From positions 1-33,261 of IMG/VR virus record IMGVR_UViG_3300037462_000170: a stretch of DNA of 33,261 bases; one strand, given 5' to 3'. The position numbers and the translations under genes were made by a program. The DNA comes from a virus (taxonomy: Duplodnaviria > Caudoviricetes). This document shows, piece by piece, positions 1-6,750 of this stretch (the stretch's first letter is position 1; each line of letters opens with the position of its first letter). A model generated the notes under the pieces. The model did no database searches, had not been told where the DNA came from, and saw only the letters and a program-made list of their open reading frames with translations.

Positions 1-9
1 GATCAAGGC

Positions 10-402
10 ATGAGCCACACAATCACACTACGCAACAAGGCGCAGGCCGACTCGATCATCCGCAAGGCAGCGGAGTGGATCGGGCGCCGCGTCGCAGACG
101 GCCGCGCTGTTGTGCTGACGCTGGAAGACGAGCGGCGCAACTTGGATCAAAACGCGCTGCTGCACGCGCTGCTGACCGACATCAGCCACCGCCACGAATG
201 GGCCGGCCGGAAGAGGGACGCTGAATGCTGGAAGCGGCTCTTTGTCGCAGCGTGGTGTCGGGCTCGCGGGGAGGCGGTCGAGATGCTCCCGGCGCTTGAT
301 GGCCACGGCGTCGACATCGTATTTCGGCGCACCAGCAAGATGAGCAAGGCAGAGGTATCTGAGCTGATCGATTACATACAGGCTTGGGATGAAGAGGCAT
401 AA
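10..402 (+). CDS. ninB: NinB/Orf-family recombination protein
   Basis: Motifs RRNLDQNALLHALLTDIS, W.GRK...E.WKRLF and RTSKMSKAEVSELIDYIQAW match lambdoid NinB. Its TAA stop lies in the GCATAAC core site. Confidence 0.9.
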   Translation: MSHTITLRNKAQADSIIRKAAEWIGRRVADGRAVVLTLEDERRNLDQNALLHALLTDISHRHEWAGRKRDAECWKRLFVAAWCRARGEAVEMLPALDGHGVDIVFRRTSKMSKAEVSELIDYIQAWDEEA

Positions 403-484
403 CGTGGAGTTCAGCGGCGTGCCCGCTGGACATTCGAGCAACCACCCTGCTGGCGGCACGTCCGCTGCAACGCAGCGGTTAGGC
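397..484 (-). repeat. attC-like site 1
   Basis: + strand: GCATAAC-GTGGA-GTTCAGCGG-CGTGCC...GGCACG-T-CCGCTGCAAC-GCAGCG-GTTAGGC; two unpaired bases on the right arm. Confidence 0.88.
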
Positions 485-507
485 GTCACTGGCGCCGGAG
501 CGAAGCA

Positions 508-714
508 ATGTGCGAGTGCATGAAAGAGATGAACGTGGTGCTTGAGAAGCACAACTGCCGGCTGGCGATGGGCCTGCAAGTGACGCCCGACATGGGCATC
601 AAGGGTCGCTACCTGATGGCGACCGAGAAGATCGACAAGACGAAGCGCATGCCCGTGCCCAGCGTGATGTGCAGTCACTGCCCGTTCTGCGGCGAGAAGC
701 TGGCGGGCGAGTGA
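508..714 (+). CDS. Small Cys-rich phage protein (CxC...CPFCG), cassette 1
   Basis: GGAG upstream of ATG; fills the space between attC1 and attC2; likely Zn-binding. Confidence 0.8.
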   Translation: MCECMKEMNVVLEKHNCRLAMGLQVTPDMGIKGRYLMATEKIDKTKRMPVPSVMCSHCPFCGEKLAGE

Positions 715-723
715 ATTCGTGAC

Positions 724-825
724 GCCTAACGGACAGGTGAGCCGACAAGGAGGCGAGACGAAATGACCGAAGCGAACCAGAACCACGATGCCGACGAAGG
801 TCGGCGCTCGACCGAACAGTTAGGC
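724..825 (-). repeat. attC-like site 2
   Basis: GCCTAAC-GGACA-GGTGAGC...GCTCGACC-GAACA-GTTAGGC; contains AAGGAGG and ATG 763. Confidence 0.85.
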
Positions 826-1047
826 CCGCTGGTGAACCGCGCATTGTTCGCGGACGAGTGCCAGAGACTCGCTGAGTGGGCGCTTATTGGCCCTGTGCAG
901 CGGGCCGCGCTTGAGAGCTTCGCCGAGCGCCTGCTGGCCGCAGAGCGCGAGCGGTGGAAAAGCCGGTGCGCGGGGAAATCTCACTATGGGTGCCAGTACC
1001 TCGCCACATGCGGCAGCGTGTGTAACAAGTGCGGCACTGCCGTTTAG
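763..1047 (+). CDS. Hypothetical protein with C-terminal Cys cluster, cassette 2
   Basis: Starts inside attC2 after AAGGAGG; C-terminal C..C.....CGSVCNKCG. Confidence 0.72.
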   Translation: MTEANQNHDADEGRRSTEQLGPLVNRALFADECQRLAEWALIGPVQRAALESFAERLLAAERERWKSRCAGKSHYGCQYLATCGSVCNKCGTAV

Positions 1048-1048
1048 G

Positions 1049-1163
1049 GCCTAACGTAGAGGTAAGCGGACCGCAACGGCGAGAAGGACCATGACCACCA
1101 CAGACCCCGCGAACACCACGAGCGGCGCCGCTGTTGCGACTCCGGTTGACCAACCTGTTAGGC
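1049..1163 (-). repeat. attC-like site 3
   Basis: GCCTAAC-GTAGA-GGTAAGCGGA...TCCGGTTGACC-AACCT-GTTAGGC; contains AAGGA and ATG 1091. Confidence 0.85.
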
Positions 1164-1450
1164 CAGCAACCGAAGTGCGCTGGTACTGCGTGAACCGAGA
1201 CGGTCTAGCCACGCTATGCCTCAACGAACAAGATGCGCACGAGATGGCGGCGGAGTGCGACATCGACTTTCCGCGTGGCGGTCCGCATCGGGCTGTGCGC
1301 CTGGTGGATGCACAACAACCGCTGACACGCCAGCAGATTGACGCCGTGATGACCGAGCACTACCCGCTCGACAGCCTGCTGCGCGAGAACGTGGACGCAT
1401 TCGAGGTGTGCGTGCGCGACATAGAGCGGCTTCATGGAATTGGGGCCTAA
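1091..1450 (+). CDS. Hypothetical protein, cassette 3 (paralogue of 6406-6750)
   Basis: Starts inside attC3, ends on the TAA of GCCTAAC; clear paralogue in cassette 12. Confidence 0.82.
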   Translation: MTTTDPANTTSGAAVATPVDQPVRPATEVRWYCVNRDGLATLCLNEQDAHEMAAECDIDFPRGGPHRAVRLVDAQQPLTRQQIDAVMTEHYPLDSLLRENVDAFEVCVRDIERLHGIGA

Positions 1451-1543
1451 CGCAGAGTTCACCGGCCCGACACGGCCGTGACGCTGCAGGCAGAAGCAAC
1501 GGAGGACCCGCCGTGGCGGGTCCGGTGGAACGCCCAGTTCGGC
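1445..1543 (-). repeat. attC-like site 4
   Basis: GCCTAAC-GCAGA-GTTCACCGG...CCGGTGGAAC-GCCCA-GTTCGGC. Confidence 0.85.
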
Positions 1544-1572
1544 TGGGGTTAGATGCAACCGAAAGGACGGAT

Positions 1573-1854
1573 GTGGACCACAACGAATGCGACCTGACGC
1601 CGTGGTTTGACGGCCGCACAAAGCCGATCCGCGTAGGCGTCTACATGCTCAAGTGCGGTGGCGCCGGGCTCAGAGACGGATACCAGCACTGGGACGGCAA
1701 AACGTGGGGGCCTTGGCATCCGAGCGCAGAACATGCCGCGCAGAGGCGGCCCGATCAACGCGCCGATCTGAAGTATCAGAACGACAACTGGCGCGGGCTC
1801 CGCAAGAAGCCGAACGTGGGAATTGAGCCGCCGCGTAGCGGTCGGCTCGAATGA
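1573..1854 (+). CDS. Hypothetical phage protein (TPWF..KP.RVGVY...WRGL), cassette 4
   Basis: Frame of track ORF 1408-1854; likely GTG start at 1573 after AAAGGA. Reads through into attC5 (KKPNVGIEPPRSGRLE*). Confidence 0.72.
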   Translation: MDHNECDLTPWFDGRTKPIRVGVYMLKCGGAGLRDGYQHWDGKTWGPWHPSAEHAAQRRPDQRADLKYQNDNWRGLRKKPNVGIEPPRSGRLE

Positions 1855-1864
1855 CGGGTTAGGC
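1809..1864 (-). repeat. attC-like site 5 (short, 56 bp)
   Basis: GCCGAAC-GTGGGA-ATTGAGCCG-CCGC-GTA-GCGG-T-CGGCTCGAAT-GACGG-GTTAGGC; on the - strand it reads like a classical 59-base element. Confidence 0.9.
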
Positions 1865-1883
1865 CCGTTGTAACCGGAGCGAG

Positions 1884-2054
1884 ATGATGGCGAGCGAACA
1901 ACCAAAGCCCGTGCAATGCGCGTGGTGCCGCAAGGTGTTCACTGCGGGCGGCGACATGGCCTGCGGTGCAAAGGTGCCCACCCACATGGCCGCAGGGCCT
2001 GACGGCGCGTGGTGCAAGACCGACGACATTGTGAAGATGCTGGAGAAGACATGA
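1884..2054 (+). CDS. Small hypothetical protein (56 aa, CxxC), cassette 5
   Basis: Not in the ORF track; translated by hand (MMASEQPKPVQCAWCRKVF...MLEKT*). GGAG RBS; ATGA overlap with the next gene. Confidence 0.65.
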   Translation: MMASEQPKPVQCAWCRKVFTAGGDMACGAKVPTHMAAGPDGAWCKTDDIVKMLEKT

Positions 2055-2266
2055 GCCCAAAGATGCAAGTGGCTATGCGGATCGTGAGCGAGCACCTGGA
2101 CGCGATACAGCGCTCGGTGTTCAAGTCCGATGCCGGCATGAAGCTGACCTTCATTGCCCGCGACCCGGCAAACCCGGAGGCCGACTTTCTGCTGAGCGAA
2201 GACGACCTATCCGAAGTGGCCGAACTGCTGATTCGCAGCGCTGCCCGCGAAGATGTACGGGCCTAA
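2051..2266 (+). CDS. Hypothetical phage protein, cassette 5
   Basis: ATG 2051 overlaps the upstream TGA; ends on the TAA of GCCTAAC. Confidence 0.75.
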   Translation: MSPKMQVAMRIVSEHLDAIQRSVFKSDAGMKLTFIARDPANPEADFLLSEDDLSEVAELLIRSAAREDVRA

Positions 2267-2356
2267 CGTTCGAGCTAAGCGGGAGACGCCCCATGACCAA
2301 GCATGAAGACACCACCCAAGCTGCCGGCGGCTCTCCGCTTGAGTGAGGGGTTGGGC
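2261..2356 (-). repeat. attC-like site 6
   Basis: GCCTAAC-GTTCGA-GCTAAGCGG...CCGCTTGAGT-GAGGG-GTTGGGC. Confidence 0.85.
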
Positions 2357-2385
2357 GGCTGGTGAGCGAAGGCACAGGAGTAGGC

Positions 2386-2508
2386 ATGCTGACATTGACG
2401 CTATGCAAGTTCACGCACTGCCGGCTGCGGCCAGCGTGGGCAAGCAACGCGGCCGGCTGGCAGTTTCACTGGCTGTGGATTTACTTTGAATGGCGGAACG
2501 AGCAATGA
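2386..2508 (+). CDS. Small Trp-rich peptide (40 aa), cassette 6
   Basis: AGGAG RBS; MLTLTLCKF...WQFHWLWIYFEWRNEQ*; ATGA overlap with the next gene. Confidence 0.55.
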   Translation: MLTLTLCKFTHCRLRPAWASNAAGWQFHWLWIYFEWRNEQ

Positions 2509-2735
2509 AGAAGGCCAAGGATTTCAACGCCGACATGGTGGACCTGCAGCTACAGGTGAGCCAAGCCTACGCGGCCGAGGTTCACAAGCTGCGGCAGGAG
2601 AACAAGGAACTGCGCGCGACCATCGCGGCTTTCCCTTCGACCGCCACCGAACTGCAAGACCGCGTGACGATGCTGGAATGCCAACTGCTGGCCCGCAGCG
2701 AGCCGCCCAACGTTGCAATTGAGCCGCGCCGTTAG
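2505..2735 (+). CDS. Coiled-coil hypothetical protein, cassette 6
   Basis: ATG 2505 coupled to the upstream TGA; heptad-like pattern; stops inside attC7. Confidence 0.7.
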   Translation: MKKAKDFNADMVDLQLQVSQAYAAEVHKLRQENKELRATIAAFPSTATELQDRVTMLECQLLARSEPPNVAIEPRR

Positions 2736-2761
2736 GCGTCGGCTCGAATTGCGTGTTGGGC
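2705..2761 (-). repeat. attC-like site 7 (short, 57 bp)
   Basis: GCCCAAC-GTTGCA-ATTGAGCCG-CGCC-GTTA-GGCG-T-CGGCTCGAAT-TGCGT-GTTGGGC. Confidence 0.9.
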
Positions 2762-2807
2762 GTCTCGTGCCGAAGCGCTGAAACGTTGGCGTGTTACAAA
2801 AAAGGTC

Positions 2808-2835
2808 TTGCGTAGTCTGGTTGTTGTGCTACAGT
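2808..2835 (+). promoter_or_regulatory. Putative sigma70 promoter inside cassette 7
   Basis: TTGCGT-16 nt-TACAGT with TG extended -10 motif and an upstream A tract, in an AT-rich gap before ATG 2868. Confidence 0.6.
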
Positions 2836-2867
2836 AACCACATCGACAACGCAACCGGAGAGACGAA

Positions 2868-3074
2868 ATGGCAACGCAACAAGTGAACCTCTACAGCCCC
2901 TGGATCAGCAACCGCAAGAACTGGACGGAGGCCGTGCGCGTTGAGCGTGTGATGCAGGCCACCGGCTGCACCGCTGACGATGCCCGCGAGTACCTGATGG
3001 CTGAGGAAGGCGACGAACACGACGCGATCCTGAGCTACCGCACCGACCGCCAAGCCTACGGGGCGGTGCGATGA
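2868..3074 (+). CDS. Small protein with UBA-like three-helix motif, cassette 7
   Basis: VERVMQATGCTADDAREYLMAEEGDEHDAI resembles UBA-like domains (EF-Ts N-terminus, NAC); GGAG RBS. Confidence 0.7.
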   Translation: MATQQVNLYSPWISNRKNWTEAVRVERVMQATGCTADDAREYLMAEEGDEHDAILSYRTDRQAYGAVR

Positions 3075-3337
3075 GCGCGGCCCTGCGGCAAGACCTAGAC
3101 GAGGCCCGCAAGGGCCTTGCCGAGTGGCGCACGCTGGCGCTTTCGTTGCAGGCACAGATGAAGCACCAAGCCGATTGCCGCGAAAGCGAACTTGTGACGC
3201 TGCTGAAGGACATCCTGCATTGCAGCGACGTGTTTGCAACCTTCCGGCCGGACCTGCACGCGCGGCTGCTGGACTTCGGGCGCCGGCTGAAGGCGCAGGA
3301 GCCCCGCGACGACTTCCCAGACGACTACGAGGTATGA
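3071..3337 (+). CDS. Hypothetical protein, cassette 7
   Basis: ATGA overlaps at both ends. Confidence 0.7.
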   Translation: MSAALRQDLDEARKGLAEWRTLALSLQAQMKHQADCRESELVTLLKDILHCSDVFATFRPDLHARLLDFGRRLKAQEPRDDFPDDYEV

Positions 3338-3534
3338 GCGGCGAACAGAACAAGGGCGGGCGACCGCCCGCGCCGCCTCAGTTGCAGCGCGTGAATGTGC
3401 CGCTTCGCCTGCCGCGCTGGATGGCGGAATGGATCGCGGAGCAGTGCGCAGAAGGCCCGCCGTACAAGACGGCGACACAGTTGATCGAAGCGGCGATGGT
3501 GAAAGCCTACAAGCTGCGCCCGCCGAAGGAGTGA
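3334..3534 (+). CDS. Probable ribbon-helix-helix DNA-binding protein, cassette 7
   Basis: GGRPP...RVNVPLRLPRWMAEWI...ATQLIEAAM pattern; start set to ATG 3334 (GAGG RBS, ATGA overlap). Confidence 0.7.
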   Translation: MSGEQNKGGRPPAPPQLQRVNVPLRLPRWMAEWIAEQCAEGPPYKTATQLIEAAMVKAYKLRPPKE

Positions 3535-3536
3535 CG

Positions 3537-3791
3537 ATGAGCCAGAACTGCCCCAAAGGCGATGAGCCGTGCATTCGCGGCTGCAAAGGATGGGAATGCC
3601 GAGATGGGTGGCCTGAAGACCGCGTGACCTGCGGCGGCGGCTTGCCAGGAGACCCAAACGGCGAACACGCCGCGCTGGCCGTCGAGGTTCTCGTGCGCAA
3701 GTACGAGGGCGCGATGCTGCGCGAGACTTTGCGAGAGGCGTTGACCGAGGCGTACATGATGGGCGCGCAGAACATCCTGGGGAGACTGTGA
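3537..3791 (+). CDS. Cys-rich hypothetical protein, cassette 7
   Basis: AAGGAG RBS before ATG 3537, in the frame of track ORF 3429-3791. Confidence 0.65.
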   Translation: MSQNCPKGDEPCIRGCKGWECRDGWPEDRVTCGGGLPGDPNGEHAALAVEVLVRKYEGAMLRETLREALTEAYMMGAQNILGRL

Positions 3792-3967
3792 TGGACTACC
3801 ACCTACTGACGAAGAAGTGCGACGGCATGTGCGACTCGTGCGAGTGCCCGCCCGCAACGCTTCCCGACAGGCCACCGACGCCCGGTTGCCGCACCCCCGA
3901 AGGGTGCCGCGAAAACGGCTGCCTTGTCTGGTGCGATGAGCACAAGCCGGAGGCGGCAAATCCATGA
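3791..3967 (+). CDS. Small Cys-rich protein (58 aa), cassette 7
   Basis: Not in the ORF track; MDYHLLTKKCDGMCDSCECPP...; TGATG and ATGA overlaps with both neighbours. Confidence 0.6.
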   Translation: MDYHLLTKKCDGMCDSCECPPATLPDRPPTPGCRTPEGCRENGCLVWCDEHKPEAANP

Positions 3968-4191
3968 CCCTGCAAGACCGCATTGACGAACTCGTGGCAC
4001 AGCACGGAAGCCTTCGCGCCGTAGCTCGCGTGACAGAGATTGACGTGGGCTACCTGTCGCGGATGCGGGCCTACGCGAACGTAAACCCGGGCCGCGACAA
4101 GCTGCGCCGGCTGGGCCTGCGCCGTGTGGTGACCTATGAACTGCTCAAGACGCCCAACGCAGAGCTAAGCGGACCGGGCCGGCGCAGATGA
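3964..4191 (+). CDS. Cro/XRE-like HTH protein, cassette 7
   Basis: HGSLRAVARVTEIDVGYLSRMR...NPG...LRRLGL; reads into attC8. Confidence 0.75.
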   Translation: MTLQDRIDELVAQHGSLRAVARVTEIDVGYLSRMRAYANVNPGRDKLRRLGLRRVVTYELLKTPNAELSGPGRRR

Positions 4192-4253
4192 ACTGTCAAG
4201 GAATGCTTGAGCGTTGCCCGCCGGCCCGGGTCCGCTTGAGCGCACTGTTGGGC
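4152..4253 (-). repeat. attC-like site 8
   Basis: GCCCAAC-GCAGA-GCTAAGCGGA-CCGGGCCGGCG...CGCCGGCCCGG-GTCCGCTTGAGC-GCACT-GTTGGGC. Confidence 0.9.
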
Positions 4254-4279
4254 GGCTGCCGCCCGGAGCGAGGAAGACT

Positions 4280-4477
4280 ATGCACACAGCACCGATGTCA
4301 GACAGCCAAGGCGAGTTCGCCGAGTTCAAGACCCAGCCCGACGTGCCTTGCCGCAAGTGCGGCGTGCACGCGGTGAGCATGCGCGAGTGGGAAAGCTCGT
4401 GCGGCGGCTGGGAGGACTACCAGTACAAGTGCCACCACTGCGGCCATACGTGGTGGGTGGAAGGAATTGACGCATGA
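4280..4477 (+). CDS. Zinc-ribbon protein, cassette 8
   Basis: CRKCG...YKCHHCGHTW; ATG 4280 after GAGGA. Confidence 0.75.
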   Translation: MHTAPMSDSQGEFAEFKTQPDVPCRKCGVHAVSMREWESSCGGWEDYQYKCHHCGHTWWVEGIDA

Positions 4478-4692
4478 AGTACTGGTGGCTCGTTGAGAAC
4501 TTCACTGCCGAAGGGCATTCCACCGGGCTCTATATGGCGTGCCAAGTGAACATGACCCTGACCGCCGACGTGCACAAGGCTCGCAAGTTCCGCCGCCAAC
4601 GCACGGCCGAGTTCCGTGCGCTGGACATGCGTGACGCGAGGCGCGGCGACTGGCGCGCCGTGGAGCACGGCTTTGAGGACAGCAAGCCATGA
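4474..4692 (+). CDS. Hypothetical phage protein, cassette 8
   Basis: ATGA overlaps at both ends. Confidence 0.72.
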   Translation: MKYWWLVENFTAEGHSTGLYMACQVNMTLTADVHKARKFRRQRTAEFRALDMRDARRGDWRAVEHGFEDSKP

Positions 4693-4991
4693 GCAGAGAA
4701 GCTTTTGGCGACCCGCCAGAACAGCAGGAAGTGCCTGAGTATTGCCCGAACTGCGGCAGCGACTTCTACATGCCTGGCTGCACGCACTGCGAAGAGGTGA
4801 AGCGGCGCTGCGCCGCCGAGTCCGAAGCGCTGGCCCTGCGCGGGGTTCTGCACCGCATGTTGGAAGCGCCGACGACGCAAATCAGCGTTGGCTGGAAGGA
4901 TGCGATCAGGCGGGCGATGTTCGCAGCCGTGCCCGACAGCAAGACGCCCAACGTGCGAATTGAGCCGGTGACCCCGGCCACGGAGGAATGA
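4689..4991 (+). CDS. Hypothetical protein with two CxxC pairs, cassette 8
   Basis: CPNCG...CTHC; reads into attC9 (KTPNVRIEP...). Confidence 0.72.
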   Translation: MSREAFGDPPEQQEVPEYCPNCGSDFYMPGCTHCEEVKRRCAAESEALALRGVLHRMLEAPTTQISVGWKDAIRRAMFAAVPDSKTPNVRIEPVTPATEE

Positions 4992-5040
4992 TGACCACAG
5001 AAACCACGCCGGGGCACTCGGCTCGAATGAGGGGTTAGGC
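4946..5040 (-). repeat. attC-like site 9
   Basis: GCCCAAC-GTGCGA-ATTGAGCCG...CGGCTCGAAT-GAGGG-GTTAGGC. Confidence 0.88.
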
Positions 5041-5059
5041 CCGTCGTAACCGGAGCGAG

Positions 5060-5299
5060 ATGATGTTTGAGAGCTTCACAATCCAACACCCGTACCGAGC
5101 TGGGACGATGGAGGTTGTTCCTGCTGCCGACTACGCAACAGCAAAGCTGGCAGCCCTGGACTGCCGAACATGCCGACACCTGAGCGCCAAGCACCAAGAG
5201 TGCCTGTCTGTGCTGCGATGCGAAGGCGGCGACATGCACCAGCGGCAAGGCAAACTGATGCTGTGGCACACGGCAGACCTTCAGGGGCGCGGCTTCTAG
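5060..5299 (+). CDS. Cys-containing hypothetical protein, cassette 9
   Basis: GGAG RBS; CRTCRH motif; fills the cassette. Confidence 0.68.
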   Translation: MMFESFTIQHPYRAGTMEVVPAADYATAKLAALDCRTCRHLSAKHQECLSVLRCEGGDMHQRQGKLMLWHTADLQGRGF

Positions 5300-5300
5300 G

Positions 5301-5395
5301 GCCGAACGCAGAGGTCAGGCGGGCCAACGGCCCAGAGGCTTGACCACACCACACACCTGCGAGGCCGTTGGCCTTGCCTGCACCGAAAGTTAGGC
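5301..5395 (-). repeat. attC-like site 10
   Basis: GCCGAAC-GCAGA-GGTCAGGC-GGGCCAACGGCC...GGCCGTTGGCC-TT-GCCTGCACC-GAAA-GTTAGGC; only a 4-nt spacer, possibly impaired. Confidence 0.8.
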
Positions 5396-5421
5396 CTGGT
5401 GGCCAAAGAAGGGAGTAGACG

Positions 5422-5664
5422 ATGCGAAGCAGCAGCCGATTGAACTTGGCCGCGGCGATGGCGATGGCCTCGATTGCCGGCCTGAGCGCCGCGCAAGAGG
5501 CCGCCGGCCCCCCGTTGCGCAGCGCCGGAAGCGGCAACAACCGACGGCCGACTCCGCCGCGCATGGATACGGAGCAGGCGCGCGAGGTGGCGGCCTGGAA
5601 TGCCGAAGTGGACCGCCGAAAGGCTGAGAAGAAGGCCGCCAAGCTGGCGAGGCGCGCGGCCTAA
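5422..5664 (+). CDS. Hypothetical protein, cassette 10
   Basis: GGGAG RBS; Ala-rich N-terminus, basic C-terminus; ends on the TAA of GCCTAAC. Confidence 0.7.
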   Translation: MRSSSRLNLAAAMAMASIAGLSAAQEAAGPPLRSAGSGNNRRPTPPRMDTEQAREVAAWNAEVDRRKAEKKAAKLARRAA

Positions 5665-5757
5665 CGCAGCGGTAACCGGACAAGGAGGCTGCAGTGAGTG
5701 AGCAAAGCGAGAAGGTGCCGCCGGCCGACGCAGGTCCGGTTGACCAACCTGTTGGGC
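5659..5757 (-). repeat. attC-like site 11
   Basis: GCCTAAC-GCAGC-GGTAACCGGAC...GTCCGGTTGACC-AACCT-GTTGGGC; contains AAGGAGG and GTG 5694. Confidence 0.87.
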
Positions 5758-5930
5758 GGCCGGTGGACGAAGCCACGGACGCCGAAGGGCCGCGAGGCAC
5801 CTACGGGTGCGCTTGCGTGAGCCGCAGCGGCCATGCATGCGCCGAGCTGCGCTACGGCTACCGCGAGATACCGGAGCCGTGCGAGTGCCTGTGCCACGAC
5901 TGGAGAGACGGCGATGACGACCTGGGCTGA
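5694..5930 (+). CDS. Cys-rich hypothetical protein, cassette 11
   Basis: GTG start inside attC11 after AAGGAGG; CAC...C...CECLCH. Confidence 0.68.
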   Translation: MSEQSEKVPPADAGPVDQPVGRPVDEATDAEGPRGTYGCACVSRSGHACAELRYGYREIPEPCECLCHDWRDGDDDLG

Positions 5931-6102
5931 CGAGTACGTGACCCTGCTGGAAGACTGCGAGAAGCGCAGCGAGCGCCTGAGCGATTGGGAACTCGGTTTC
6001 GTGGACTCGCTGCAGCGGCAACTGGCCGAAGGGCGCAGGCCCAGCGCGAAGCAGATCGAGACGCTGGACACCATCTGGGAGCGCGCCACCAAGCGCGGCT
6101 GA
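5914..6102 (+). CDS. Small hypothetical phage protein, cassette 11
   Basis: LSDWELGFVDSL...PSAKQIETLDTIW pattern; ATG 5914 after GGAG. Confidence 0.75.
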   Translation: MTTWADEYVTLLEDCEKRSERLSDWELGFVDSLQRQLAEGRRPSAKQIETLDTIWERATKRG

Positions 6103-6106
6103 CGCC

Positions 6107-6367
6107 ATGCACGTTGAACTGCAGATGGACCTAGCGCTGCTGCAGCGCGCCATGAAGGCCGAAACCGAAGCCGCGCTGCTGCGGGCTGCGCTGGACGCCG
6201 AAACGGCACGCTGGGAGGAAGCCCTGCGCCTGACATGGCAGATGGTGGACCCGCTGAAACCGGCCGGGCAACCCGGCAGCTACTGGCGCGGCCAGGACGC
6301 CGGGATAGTGGCCGCGCTGACCACACTGCGGGCGAACCTGAAGACGCCCAACGCAAAGCTAACTTGA
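6107..6367 (+). CDS. Hypothetical protein, cassette 11
   Basis: Follows the upstream stop by 4 nt; reads into attC12 (KTPNAKLT*). Confidence 0.68.
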   Translation: MHVELQMDLALLQRAMKAETEAALLRAALDAETARWEEALRLTWQMVDPLKPAGQPGSYWRGQDAGIVAALTTLRANLKTPNAKLT

Positions 6368-6463
6368 CCGCCACGGCGCGAGCGCCACAACTTGAGGAAG
6401 ACGAGATGACCGATGCAGACAACAGGCCCGCCGTGGCGGGTCAAGTTGAGCGACCTGTTAGGC
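6346..6463 (-). repeat. attC-like site 12
   Basis: GCCCAAC-GCAAA-GCTAACTTGA-CCGCCACGGCG...CGCCGTGGCGG-GTCAAGTTGAGC-GACCT-GTTAGGC. Confidence 0.9.
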
Positions 6464-6750
6464 CTGCCGCCGAAGCGCGCTGGTACTGCCTGAGCCGCGA
6501 AGGCATGGCAACGCTGTGCGCCGACGAGGAAGACGCAAAAGAGGTGGCCGCCGAAAGCTGGGTTCTGTACCCGAACAACGGGCCATATCGTGTGGCGCAA
6601 ATGGTGGACCGACAACAGCCGCTGACGCGCCAGCAAATCGACGCGGTGATGACCGAGCACTACCCGCTGAGCAGCCTGCTGCGCGAGCAAGTGGACGCCT
6701 TCGAGGCATGCGTGCGCGACATTGAGCGGCTGCATGGCATTGGGGCCTAA
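6406..6750 (+). CDS. Hypothetical protein, cassette 12 (paralogue of 1091-1450)
   Basis: ATG 6406 after GAGGA inside attC12; aligns with the cassette 3 protein. Confidence 0.82.
   Translation: MTDADNRPAVAGQVERPVRPAAEARWYCLSREGMATLCADEEDAKEVAAESWVLYPNNGPYRVAQMVDRQQPLTRQQIDAVMTEHYPLSSLLREQVDAFEACVRDIERLHGIGA

Noticed and set aside
2731-2737. Extra GTTAGGC core as a separate site
   Set aside because: It lies in the terminal loop and stem of attC7 and supplies the TAG stop of ORF 2505-2735; it has no partner arm.
4188-4376. Track ORF starting inside attC8 as a real gene
   Set aside because: Overlaps the better-supported zinc-ribbon gene (4280-4477) in another frame; may only be a coupling leader.
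1091-6750. Diversity-generating retroelement template/variable repeat pair
   Set aside because: No reverse transcriptase in the window, both copies are intact genes, and the differences are not confined to adenines.
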